Positions 38,234 to 48,495 of a stretch of DNA of 64,000 nucleotides are shown here, piece after piece; position 1 is the stretch's first letter, and each line of letters begins with the position of its first letter. The DNA is taken from NCBI GenBank assembly GCA_963848735.1, contig CAWKEP010000010.1, forward strand, positions 305,083-369,082, read 5' to 3'. The stretch is from Bryobacterales bacterium (GTDB lineage: Bacteria; Acidobacteriota; Terriglobia; Bryobacterales; Bryobacteraceae). A program made the position numbers and the translations under genes. The notes under the pieces are model-generated. The model ran no database searches and was not told the origin of the DNA. It worked only from the letters and a program-made list of their open reading frames with translations.

Positions 38234-38550
38234 GCGGGGTCCTTCAGTTGTTTCTGCTCAGCCTCCGTTCTGAAATTGAAATACGGAATATAGATCGCAT
38301 ACTCAGACTGATAGAAGGCGAGATCCTTGATCAGGGCGTTCTTAATAGCCCCCGTCAGCTGAGTTAGGTGGTGATGGCTTAGCGCCTGATCCGTCAGCAT
38401 GATTCGAAAATATATTGCGGGATCGCCATCCCAGTCGTGGCTAAAGGAGTGCCGGATACGAACCACTTCGTCGGGAAACTTCTTGGCAACTTCTTCAACC
38501 CGTTGCGCGAAATCCTTCAATTTCTGCGGGCTTAGGTAAGTTGTCGCCAT
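38224..38550 (-). CDS. hypothetical 108-aa partner protein of the HEPN-like gene
   Basis: Intact ORF MATTYLSPQKLKDFAQRVEEVAKKF...SHDWDGDPAIYFRIML.... No GS...DxD nucleotidyltransferase motif, no HTH or RHH that I recognise. AT-richer codon usage. Confidence 0.55.
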   Translation of the reverse strand: MATTYLSPQKLKDFAQRVEEVAKKFPDEVVRIRHSFSHDWDGDPAIYFRIMLTDQALSHHHLTQLTGAIKNALIKDLAFYQSEYAIYIPYFNFRTEAEQKQLKDPAWE

Positions 38551-38599
38551 GCTGCACCTGCACCTAGAATAGCGCGCTAGCTAAATGATAAGTTAGGTC

Positions 38600-39556
38600 T
38601 TGAACAAGATTCGAGTTGCCGTCATTGGCGCGGGTGTGTTCGGCCGCCATCACCTGCGGGTGTTGAGTCAATCCTTAAACGCCACGCTGGTGGGTGTAGT
38701 GGATGCCGACCCGGAGCGCGCTGCGATGGCTGCGGCTGAGCACAATTGCCTGACATTCGCAACGCTTGGCGAGTTGAAAGACAACATCGACGCGGCCGTG
38801 GTCGCGACGCCGACCTCTCTCCACGCCGAAGTCGGCTGCGAGCTGCTGAAATCCGGCATCGACGTGCTGGTGGAAAAGCCGATCGCGGCCGATTTAGCGT
38901 CTGCCAGGCGATTGGTGGATACCGCGGCCGAGCACCAACGCATCCTGCAAATCGGCCACCTGGAGCGCTTTAATCCCGCCGTGGCAGCCCTCAAGAAAAT
39001 CACGAAATTGCCGCTGTTCTTCGAGATACACCGGCTCAGCTTGTTCAGCCCGCGCAGCCTGGACGTGGACGTCGTGCTGGATCTGATGATTCACGACTTG
39101 GACATCGTGCTCCACCTGGCCGGCAGCATCCCCGAGGAGATTCGCGCGGCCGGAATTTCTATTTTGTCCGACAAGGTGGATATCGCGAATGTGCGCCTGG
39201 CGTTCCCGGGCGGGTGCATCGCCAATTTGACCGCCAGCCGTGTCTCCACCGAGCGCGTGCGAAAGTTGCGCCTGTTCCAGCCGCATCAGTACATTTCGCT
39301 CGACTACCAGAAGCAGGAGGCCGTTGCCTTCACCGTCAGCGGAAACCAGCAAATCGGCTTTCAGCCGCTGGCGATCATCAAGGAGGAGCCGCTGCGGCTC
39401 GAGGTGGAATCGTTCCTGGAAGCAGTGGCGACCCGCCGGCGTCCCGAAGTCTCGGGCGAGGACGGATTGCACGCTTTGGAATTAGCGCGTGCGATACTTG
39501 ATAAAATTGAGGAGCATTCGAAAATAGTCACGCAACGGCTTCCATCACTTAGCTAG
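38600..39556 (+). CDS. Gfo/Idh/MocA family oxidoreductase
   Basis: IRVAVIGAGVFGRHH (Rossmann), VLVEKP, QIGHLERFNP. TTG start. Confidence 0.85.
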   Translation: MNKIRVAVIGAGVFGRHHLRVLSQSLNATLVGVVDADPERAAMAAAEHNCLTFATLGELKDNIDAAVVATPTSLHAEVGCELLKSGIDVLVEKPIAADLASARRLVDTAAEHQRILQIGHLERFNPAVAALKKITKLPLFFEIHRLSLFSPRSLDVDVVLDLMIHDLDIVLHLAGSIPEEIRAAGISILSDKVDIANVRLAFPGGCIANLTASRVSTERVRKLRLFQPHQYISLDYQKQEAVAFTVSGNQQIGFQPLAIIKEEPLRLEVESFLEAVATRRRPEVSGEDGLHALELARAILDKIEEHSKIVTQRLPSLS

Positions 39557-39607
39557 CGACTACTAGGCAACGGCGGACGCGCGATCTACGTCTTTCATTC
39601 GGCCATC

Positions 39608-40633
39608 ATGAGCTTACATGCGGATTTCGGTCCGAATTTCGTGTTGGATTGGAGCACGCCCGATGACTCGCGCAGATACTGGCGCGCCGGAATCGGAACG
39701 CTCGTGGTGCATTGCGGGATATTCGCGCTGGTACTCGTGCTGGATACTTTGAGCGGCCCCCCACTAAGGCGAGGCACCGAGATTATTCCAGATTTTCATA
39801 AAGCAGTTCACTTGGCATTGCCAAGCGACCTCACCCAGAAAGCGCCCAACAAAGGCAAGGTGTCCAAGGAAGTGAATGTCGAGGATCTGAAGCCTCGCCC
39901 TCCCACCCCGAAGCGTCTGCCTCCTGCTCCCGCCATACGGGCGTTTAGACCGCCGAACCCGGCGCCTCCAGGGCCACCACCACCTGCCACTACCCCTCGC
40001 ATTACCGAGCCTCCAAAGATCGAAACTCCGGTCACCGCGCAGAATGCGCCGCCTGCTCTGCCAGCCATGTCCGGAACGCCAAAAGCGCCCCCACCGCCCC
40101 AAATTCAGCCCGTGGAGCAGCCGAAGCTTGCGTTTGAAACGCCGGGGCAGAACGGCCCCAGCGAAAACAAAGGCCAAGCCAAACTGACTCCGCCCAAAAC
40201 GAGCGTCCAGGATGCGATCAACGATATCGCCCACGGTGCTGGTGGGCAGGGTAGTAGCGCGGGCGACCTGGCACGGCCTTTACCCGGCCAGATCGGTGTC
40301 AGTCCCGAGCTGCCGGAGCTGATGAGTGACCCGATGGGTGTCGATTTTCGGCCCTATCTGCTCCAGATTCTCGCGCTGGTTCGGAAGAATTGGTTTGCCA
40401 TTATCCCGGAGAGTGCCCGCATGGGTAACCGCGGGGTGGTGGAGTTGCAATTCGTGGTCGATCGCAACGGAGACGTCCCGAAACTGGTGATCGCGACGCC
40501 CTCCGGATCTGAGGCTCTGGATAGAGCGGCAGTGGCCGCCGTTAGCGCTTCGGTGAGGTTTCCGCCCTTGCCGAACCAGTTTAAAGGGCAGCAAATCCGG
40601 CTGCAATTCGCCTTTAAATATAATTCTAAGTAG
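39608..40633 (+). CDS. TonB family energy transducer
   Basis: N-terminal TM helix, long Pro-rich spacer (PPTPKRLPPAPA...PPGPPPPATTP...APPPPQIQP), C-terminal TonB_C-like domain (VVELQFVVDRNGDV...SGSEALDRAAVAAV...FPPLP). Confidence 0.8.
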   Translation: MSLHADFGPNFVLDWSTPDDSRRYWRAGIGTLVVHCGIFALVLVLDTLSGPPLRRGTEIIPDFHKAVHLALPSDLTQKAPNKGKVSKEVNVEDLKPRPPTPKRLPPAPAIRAFRPPNPAPPGPPPPATTPRITEPPKIETPVTAQNAPPALPAMSGTPKAPPPPQIQPVEQPKLAFETPGQNGPSENKGQAKLTPPKTSVQDAINDIAHGAGGQGSSAGDLARPLPGQIGVSPELPELMSDPMGVDFRPYLLQILALVRKNWFAIIPESARMGNRGVVELQFVVDRNGDVPKLVIATPSGSEALDRAAVAAVSASVRFPPLPNQFKGQQIRLQFAFKYNSK

Positions 40634-40635
40634 GT

Positions 40636-42723
40636 TTACTGCAACACTACAAGAGGCGCGCGCGCGAACCCGAACTTACGCGCCTGTTCGTCGATCACGC
40701 TGACCTGGCAAATATATTGGCCCGGCGGAATGTTGGCCAGCGGCATCTCAAACTGGAACGCCAATGCGTTCGGATGTCCCGATTTCGCTTTGGTGACACG
40801 CACGGGAGCCGATTCGAACGACTTCGATTTACCCCGGAACATCGTCAGTTCCGCCGACACGCTGGGCGACGCCACCGTCCCCGGATCGTAAACCTCAAAA
40901 TACACATACAGCTTCTGGTTCTTGCGGAACACGCGCGTAATATCGGGGATCAGCTTCTGGCCATTCTCCACAAGTGGATGCGCCTCCAGCAGCTTCTTGT
41001 TGCTGCCGCCGGCCGTTCCAATGCTGGCCGCGAGCGGCTCACGCTGATTGCTCCACACCACCGAGCTCATGCGCACTCCTGCCGCCTGCTTACTCAGATC
41101 AGGAACGTTGAACTTCATTTCGAAGGTCCCCATCTTGCCGTTTAGATTTTCGCGCGCCAGGAACCGGAGATTGTAATCGCCGGGCGGAAGCGTGACGCCC
41201 GTATCGTACTCGACGTGCTTCTGGGCAAGCTGGGCCGCATTTTCTTCCGTAAGCTTCAGCTTGATTTCGTCGCGGATGCCGCCCAGCATCTTTCCTTTCG
41301 GGTCGCGAATCTGGCCGATGAAATCGAGATCCGTGGTGGATTTGGGCGAAAGTCCCAGCGCGGATCCTGCGATCCGGACGGTAATTGGCACGAAGTATTT
41401 GTCTTTCCCGGTTTGGAAGTAATCCACTTCCATCGCGAGCGGCAGTTCGGTGAACGGATCGTCTAGCGTCAGCGCATCTTCCAACTGCCGTTCCTTGTCG
41501 CTGGCGTTCATCTTGCCCCACACTTTGGCGGCGTAGTAACCGCGCCGGTAATCGAGCTTGGCCGACTCGGGCAGCGACGCAATCTTTATGGTGACGTGGC
41601 GATACTTGCCATCCTGCGCAGGATTCGCGCTGTAGTAACCGAGCACGTAATAGCTGTTGATGTCGGCCTGCACCGCCTTGATGCCAAGCGTCAGATCGTT
41701 GCTGTCGAGCAATGCTTTCCCACCGGTGTCGGCGGCCAGCGTATAGATGGTGTCCTGCGTGTCGTGGAACGATGTGCGGGCGCTGGTTTGCGCGCTGCCC
41801 GTAAAAACGCCCGTGCCTTTGGGCGAAGCCTGCGTCGCATCGCCGGCCGGCGCGAAAGCCACCAGACCGCGCGCGTCAATCGGATAGAAAGCCACGTTCG
41901 CGCGCACCGCCGCGTTCACCGTGGCGCGAAGCTGCGATTGATTGTCCACGCCCGTCTTGCCTACGCCGCTCGAAAAATAAACCAGCGCTTTCTTCTCCGG
42001 GAACGGCGCCAGCTTGCGCGTGGCGTCTTCCAGCGCGCTCAGTTTGTTATCGGTATTGAAAATATTGAACTCCGTGTCATCCGCCGTAAATTCCCCGCTG
42101 TCATCGGTAGAGTCTGCGCCGGTTGCCGCCAGACCTGCCAGTTCGCTGGAATCGCCGATCCGAAGCGACTGAATCACGGTCACCAGCGTCTCGCGATCGT
42201 TGGTAAAGTCCTGCACCACGCGCAGTTCGTTGGTGAGCGTCATGATGGACACCACGTCGGACGCGGTCATTTGCGTGTCGATGAATTTGATGGCGGCGTC
42301 GCGCGCGCGAATTTGCTCCGGGGGTTGCATGGACGAAAGATCGAAGAACATCGCGATCAGCCGCCGGTCCTTGAGTTGGTCCGCTTTGATCGGGGGCGGG
42401 GGTTCCTTTGCCGGAGTCGGCGCGGCCGGTCCGCGAGTTTTCAGCGTTGGAGCCGGCGCTTCGATGGATGGCAATGTCTCGCCATTCAGCCGCTGTAGTT
42501 CGAACACGGCGATCTGCTGCGGCTTGCCGTCTTCCAGCAGCGTAAACTGGTCCTTTTTCAAATCTTCCAGGGCCTTGCCGCTCTTGTCACGCACGGTGAC
42601 GTTCACGATCACAAGATTTGTATTGGTCTTGAAGGTGGGTGAGGTGTCGTCTTGCGCCACCAGCCCGGCGCAAAGCATCGCCGCGGCAACCACCCGAAGT
42701 GCGCAAGTAGTCATGCTGGCCAT
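40636..42723 (-). CDS. VWA domain protein of the acidobacterial VWFA-related type (TIGR03436-like)
   Basis: Signal peptide, TNLVIVNVTVRDKSGK..L.KDQFTLLEDGKPQQI N-terminal module, FFDLSSM (MIDAS-like DxSxS), long C-terminal beta-rich region. Intact over 2.1 kb. Confidence 0.75.
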   Translation of the reverse strand: MASMTTCALRVVAAAMLCAGLVAQDDTSPTFKTNTNLVIVNVTVRDKSGKALEDLKKDQFTLLEDGKPQQIAVFELQRLNGETLPSIEAPAPTLKTRGPAAPTPAKEPPPPIKADQLKDRRLIAMFFDLSSMQPPEQIRARDAAIKFIDTQMTASDVVSIMTLTNELRVVQDFTNDRETLVTVIQSLRIGDSSELAGLAATGADSTDDSGEFTADDTEFNIFNTDNKLSALEDATRKLAPFPEKKALVYFSSGVGKTGVDNQSQLRATVNAAVRANVAFYPIDARGLVAFAPAGDATQASPKGTGVFTGSAQTSARTSFHDTQDTIYTLAADTGGKALLDSNDLTLGIKAVQADINSYYVLGYYSANPAQDGKYRHVTIKIASLPESAKLDYRRGYYAAKVWGKMNASDKERQLEDALTLDDPFTELPLAMEVDYFQTGKDKYFVPITVRIAGSALGLSPKSTTDLDFIGQIRDPKGKMLGGIRDEIKLKLTEENAAQLAQKHVEYDTGVTLPPGDYNLRFLARENLNGKMGTFEMKFNVPDLSKQAAGVRMSSVVWSNQREPLAASIGTAGGSNKKLLEAHPLVENGQKLIPDITRVFRKNQKLYVYFEVYDPGTVASPSVSAELTMFRGKSKSFESAPVRVTKAKSGHPNALAFQFEMPLANIPPGQYICQVSVIDEQARKFGFARAPLVVLQ

Positions 42724-42726
42724 CTC

Positions 42727-45700
42727 CTAAAAGCGGAACCTGATGTTGATGTCGGCCGTTCGCATCGCGCCTGCGGTGGTGGGCAGCCCGTACAGGGTGG
42801 AACCTACCACTGTGTTCACGTTGGTGATGTTCACGTGATTCAAGGTGTTGTTTGTTTCCAGCCGCAGCTCGATGCGTTTGCGGCTGCCCTCTCCGCCCAG
42901 CGTGAAATAGCGGCCAAAAGCGGTATTGAGCGACCACGACCACGGCCCCGGAATCGTGTTCCGCCCGGCGTCGCCAAGTTCGCCAGGCGCGGGCGCCGTA
43001 AAAGCATCCAAATTGAAATATCCGCTCCCGTCCGTGACTGGCAAGCCGGTGGCTGATGCGCGTCCGCTGCCCACCACTCCCGTCCCCGCGACGTTCGATT
43101 GATTGCCCAGAATCCGCGCCGTCAGCGGTGTTCCGCTTTCCAGCAGCGCCGATCCGCTCAGCGTCCAATTGCGTTTCCACCAACTGGCCTGCGTGGGCGT
43201 GCTGAGGACGTAATTAAGATTCAACACGTGACGCCGGTCAAAGCTCGATAATCCACGCTCGGCGCTCAAGTCGAACGCGTTCTGCGCCACCACGTTGCCG
43301 ACGCCCCCGAACGTCGAGCTATCGTCAATCGACTTGGAATAGGTGTAAATGATATTGAACGACATGTTGCGCGCGAACCGCCGCATCAGCCGTACTTGCC
43401 CCGCCTCGTAGATCGAGTTCCCCCAGGCACTGTCGTAAATGAATTGCTGGGCGTTCGCGATCGGCAACCTCCCTTGCGAGGTCAGCGGCGAGCCCGGTTC
43501 CGCGCGATTCGGCACCGTCTCGGTATCCAGGTCCGTGCCTTTGGTTCCTATGTAGCCGAGCTCAACGAAAAACGACCGGCTAAAATTCTGCTGCACTGTC
43601 ACATTCCAGCTCTGCGCGTAACCGATCTTGTAATTCTTTTGGACTGCGTACGAATTCAAAATGGTCGCGTTGGTCGGCGCCGTGGCCAGGCCGTTCTGGA
43701 GCGTCAGCACGTTCCCGATGCTGGTGGTGAGGGTCTGCGTTTCGGCGAACGGCGGCTGCTCCGACAGCTCAGTAGCCAAGCGATTCAGCGCCGTTGGATT
43801 GTAGTAAATGCCGTAGCCCACACGCACCACCATGGAGTGCTTCGCGCTGGGTTTCCAGGCCAGGCCGCCGCGGGGGGCGAAATTGTTGCGATCCGGCTCG
43901 ATCAAGCTGAGGGGATATGCCCCAGAGTACGGTCCGATCGCTCCAGGCAAAACCGGCGCCACCGCCGTGAAGCCCGGCGCGATATCCAGGTTCACCAGAT
44001 GCCCGTATTTCTCCGAAAGCGGCGAATAGTATTCGTATCGCAGCCCAAACATCAGCGTTAGATTCGGATTCACGCGCCAATCGTCATTGGCGTACACGTC
44101 CCAGGCGTTCTGGCGAAAATACGTACTATCATCTCCGAATTGAACCGAGCTCGACTGTGGCAGGCCCAGCAGATAGTCCGCGAAATCAAAACCGGTATTG
44201 GGCAAAGGCTGGCCGCTCGAATTGAACGCACTAGTGGCAATTCCGCTGAACGAGAACGTGCCGCGCGCGTTCTGGTCGGTGGTGATATTACGATCCTGCC
44301 GCTTGAAATCCCCTCCAAATGTCATCGAGTGATTCTTCTTCACGCAGGTGTAGGAATCGCCCTCCGCAAACTTTGCACCACCGAATGCGACGGCAGCGAG
44401 TCGGTGAGGCTGGCGAAGTTGGTGAAGGAGAAGCGTGGGCGGACCATAATTGATCGGCTCCTGCGAAGTCCCTTGGATGCCGAGCTCGGCCGCAACATTC
44501 GTGCCCGTACGAGAAGTACGAATCCTGCGTGGTGCGATTGCGGTTGAAGATCAAGTGGGCGGTGTTGATGCCGTTCGGTCCGAAGTTGTGCGTCCAGCTC
44601 AGGTCCGTATTATTGCCGAAGCCGTTGCCCGGATCTATATATCCGAAGAGTTGCGCGTTCTCGCTCTGGCGCCGCTGGAAGCTTTCGTTCAGCGCCAGCC
44701 GGTCGTTCTTGCTGAGATTCTGGTTAAGACGCAGACTGACGTTATCGGTGTCTGCCGGAACTACGGTGACAAAGTCGTAGTTCTGTACCGTGCCCGGAAG
44801 ATTCGGTAACGGGATGAAATTCAGACGAGCGCCACTGCGGCCGGGATTGAGAAGGGCTGCTCGGAATCGATATTGTTTTGAAACGGCGCGCGCGTCGATG
44901 GATCGTAAATCGTAGGGAGCGCGCCATTGACGAAGGCGTGCGAAAAATCGCCCGACCGTTCCGCGCTGTCGGCACCGTGCCGACGTTATAGAACACGCTC
45001 TGCCCGCGCGTGCCGAAATAGCTCAGCGTGAAGAACGTGGAGTTCGCCTTTGAGCAGATGCGGGAATCCGCAATGGCCCGCCTACCACGCCGCTCCAGCG
45101 ATAATTGTTGAAATCGGGCTGCGGAGTCGGGCTGTCCGCTGAGCGAGAATGCCTTGGCGTCGGTGTCGGAGCCTTGCCACTGGAACGACACGTTTCCGTG
45201 AATGCCCTGGCGTCCGCGATTGGCGCGATTGCCAATCAGCCGGCCGTTGCCGTTTCCAGGCCGGACGCGACCCTGACCTCCCGGTCCGCCGAACCCGCCG
45301 CCGCGCCCGCCGCCGAACCCGCCACCACCTCCACCGAACCTGCCGCCACCGGGGCCACCGGGACCGCCGCCTGGGCCTCCAGGAGCGCCTGGAACCCCGC
45401 CGGGCTGGCCTTCGACACCCGCTCCCGCTAGACCGCCAGGAGGGCCCTGCATGCCCATCACGGGTCCTCGCAATCCGAAATCATCCTGTCCGTTCTGCAA
45501 GCCCGTGCTCAAAGTTCCATTCACCAGGAAGGCTTCGTTGGCGTTGGCTGAGTTCTGCGGCGATTGTGTCCGGGGGTGGAGCGGCTGCAATTTGATCGAC
45601 TTCGTTCTCCGCGGTGGCGCGAAAACCAGTCTGTGGCCGCTGCGGACGTTCTGCCATTTCTCTCGGACGCGGCTGCAAATCGAGACTCCACTGCGTGGCC

Positions 45701-45970
45701 GGCGATCCTGCGACCAATTTGCAATTCTTTGTGGGCCGTCTGGAACCCGAACATCTGGACTTCCACGCTGTAGGTTCCCGGCGCAAGATCGGGCAGTTCG
45801 TACTTGCCGGACTCGTCGGTGGTGGTTACGGCGCGATGCTCGCCTTGTGTCGCGATCACGGTGGCGCCCGGCAGCGGCTGCCCGCCGAACTTGACGGTGC
45901 CTGTGGGTGTCACGCTGGTTTGTGCGTATAACGACGCACCAAGGGCGGCCAGCAAGAAAAATCGGAACAC
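42727..45970 (-). pseudogene. TonB-dependent receptor with an N-terminal carboxypeptidase-regulatory-like domain, many frame breaks between ~44340 and ~45600
   Basis: Signal peptide plus GATVIATQGEHRAVTTTDESGKYELPDLAPGTYSVEVQMFGFQ (CarboxypepD_reg-like), then a Gly-rich linker. Barrel pieces are scattered over at least 5 ORFs/frames. The intact 538-aa C-terminal barrel part ends ...INIRFRF*. Confidence 0.8.
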
Positions 45971-46041
45971 TAAATAAAGGATCGCATTTCCAAGCCCTTC
46001 CGTTACCGGAATCGGTGTAAAAGAGGGTAAATGGACGGAGC

Positions 46042-46746
46042 CTAGCGGGCTCTCAACAGCACCACGGTGATATTATCCGGACCGCCCGCTTTCTTGGCGG
46101 CATCAATCAAGCGTTCACACTTGGCCTGCAGCGAACCGTTGCCCGACAACGCGTCGGCAATCACTCCCGGCTCCAACACTCCGTGCAGACCGTCGCTCGA
46201 AATCATGATCAACTCGCCGGGATGAGGCAGGACCGTGTAGGAATGCACGCGCAACTCCGCGCTGACGCCAATCGCCATCGTCAATACGTGGCGCATGGGG
46301 TGTGTTTTCAGGCTGGCCTCGTCGATCCCCAGACGCCGGCCCACCTCGTTCACCCAGGTTTGATCCTCCGTGATGCCCGTGAGCTCGCCGTCGTACACGT
46401 AAACCCGACTATCGCCCACGCTGGCAATCAGCAATTCTGGTCCGGACTCGATGGCCGCCACTAAAGTGGTGCCCATGCCTTCCAGAGTAGGATCGCTCGC
46501 GGCCGCGCTCATCACTCGGAGGTTCGCTTCCCGAAAGGCCTGAAAGAGAATTTCGGCATCCGGTTTGCCGGCATTCTGAATGAAGGAAGCTACTGTTTCC
46601 ACGGCCAGTTTGGACGCGTGCTCGCCCGCCTGCGCGCCCCCCATCCCATCCGCCACGATATAAGCGCCCGTGGGGGAGATCAGGTAGAAATCTTCGTTAT
46701 TTTGGCGGACGCAGCCAGGATCGGAAAGACCGAACGCTTCCAGCAT
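46042..46746 (-). CDS. PP2C-family Ser/Thr protein phosphatase
   Basis: GCVRQNNEDF, VADGMGGAQAGE, GTTLV, VGDSRVY, SSDGL, DNITVVL. Confidence 0.9.
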   Translation of the reverse strand: MLEAFGLSDPGCVRQNNEDFYLISPTGAYIVADGMGGAQAGEHASKLAVETVASFIQNAGKPDAEILFQAFREANLRVMSAAASDPTLEGMGTTLVAAIESGPELLIASVGDSRVYVYDGELTGITEDQTWVNEVGRRLGIDEASLKTHPMRHVLTMAIGVSAELRVHSYTVLPHPGELIMISSDGLHGVLEPGVIADALSGNGSLQAKCERLIDAAKKAGGPDNITVVLLRAR

Positions 46747-46790
46747 GAGCTTTTTGGATTATACCCGTTCCCGAAATCACGCTGCGGAAG

Positions 46791-48010
46791 TCATGGCTTG
46801 TCGGAGGGCTTGTCAGGCTGCAGCACTGCTTTCAACTGCCAGTAAGCGCTCTCTTGATAGTTGGTTTTCAGGCGTTCTAAACCCTCGGTCTGCGAATCTC
46901 CGGGCCGCGGGCCGCTCTGTTTTTCGCAGCGGGCCAGCAGCAGCGCGGCTTGCGCGTCCGCCGGATCGTGATCCAGAGCCGCATGGAAACGTTCCGCGGC
47001 GGCGGCGAAGCTCCCAGCGCGCCACAGCGCGTAGCCCAAATTGAATTGGTAAACCGGATCGCTGCGGTCGCCTTCCAACGCTTTGCGGAAATCATCCACC
47101 GATGGCGGCAAGCCGATTGGCGCGCGACTCGGCGGCCGCCAGGTTGTTGTATACCTCGCTCAGTGGGACCACCTTCGCCACCGCTTGGAACGCTGCCGCG
47201 GCGCCCGCAAAGTCGCCGCTGTTGTAGCGGCACAGTCCTAGGAAGAAACTCGCCTCGCGATAATGCACATCGCCCGGCGCCACTTTTTGGAACCATTCCG
47301 CGGCCGACTTGTATTCTTTCTTGCTCCACAGCAGCCGGCCCAACTGAAAGTCGGGCAGCGAATAATGGCTGTCCAATCTTGCGGCTTGGGTGAAGAAGCG
47401 GTGCTTTTCATCTGCGCTGGCCGCCAGTAGACCGCGTGTGTAGTTTTCCACCGCGTCCACGCGCACGGCCGGGTGGCGCTGCTGGAACTCGGCCTCGGAT
47501 GGCGCGCCCAGTGGTTTCAAAAACCGTAAGGTTTGCCACGCCAGGTGTTCTTGTAACGCCGCGAGATCTTCCAGCGCCCCCAGCTCGCGAAATTCCGGGC
47601 CCTCCTTCACGCGCTTCAGATCCAGCACGCGCGCCGTGATCAGCAGGGAAGCCCGGTTCTTTGCGACGCCTTTGGCGGCTGCATCCGGCGCGGGCTTGAC
47701 GTCGTATTGCCCGAAAATCACCTGCTCGGCGTCCAGTTCTTCGTCCGATCTTTACCACCGATGCCTTGGTGAGCAGCGAGTAGGGACGCAGGGACAAGCG
47801 GCTGTAGGCCTCCAGGCGGTCGTCCCGATCCAGCGCCATCAAACCTTCCGAGGAAAGCGCCTCGCGAACCGATTCAGCCAGGCTCTCGCCCATCCAATCC
47901 AGATTAGGATCCTTCGAAAGGTTGAAGAAGGGCAGAACCAGATACGTGGCGGCCTGCGCCGCTGGAAGGATCAGACAAAAACAAACCGAGGCCCATAGAA
48001 AACGGCGCAC
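46791..48010 (-). pseudogene. secreted TPR protein with a TolB-N-like N-terminal domain, frame breaks at ~47745 and ~47105
   Basis: Three ORFs (47408..48010, 47092..47721, 46791..47111) join into one protein: signal peptide, LVLPFFNLSKDPNLDWMGESLAE..., then TPR-like repeats. The PP2C gene lies directly downstream on the same strand. Confidence 0.65.
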
Positions 48011-48065
48011 GTGTTTAGTTTACCGCGCGCCGGTACCGGGCCCCGGAACCAAGCTTAGTTGACGC

Positions 48066-48392
48066 TCAATTGGTAGCGTTGCTGGGCTTCTCGAACACTA
48101 CGCGCGTGCTGGTGCCGCCCAGGCGGATTTCTTCCACCTGCTCGCCGTTCATCCGCACCGCGTTGCGCGAAAACTTCTGGCTGTCGTTTTCCACTTTCAC
48201 GCTGGCCTCGGTCACTGACTTGCCCTGCTTGAGGACCACCGTGTTGTTGTCCTTCAACTCCAGTTTGTAGTCGCCCGCCTTGAGCTGCGAGCCGTTGACC
48301 GTGACAGGGGTGTAGAACGTCACGTTATAGCTGGCAGCGCTGGCCACCGCCAACGCGACGGACGCAAATCCGAGTAGAACATTCTTAACCAT
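48066..48392 (-). CDS. hypothetical small secreted beta-rich protein
   Basis: 108-aa ORF with a signal peptide (MVKNVLLGFASVALAVASA). No named domain. Confidence 0.55.
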   Translation of the reverse strand: MVKNVLLGFASVALAVASAASYNVTFYTPVTVNGSQLKAGDYKLELKDNNTVVLKQGKSVTEASVKVENDSQKFSRNAVRMNGEQVEEIRLGGTSTRVVFEKPSNATN

Positions 48393-48495
48393 GATTGTAA
48401 CTCCTCAACCTAACTTGTCTGACTTCACGTATTTATACGCAGGCGCCGCTGATACGTTCCGAAGATTTCGAAAAATATTCAGTGACTAAGTAATT

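Noticed and set aside
45240-45440. GGN/CCN-rich repetitive DNA (GPGGGPGGPGGGRFGGGGGGFGGGRGGGFGG), considered as a possible collagen-like gene, CRISPR-like array or other repeat element.
   Set aside because: It is the Gly-rich linker commonly found between the CarboxypepD_reg domain and the barrel of acidobacterial TonB-dependent receptors. It has no spacer/repeat organisation. It is probably a cause of local sequencing indels.
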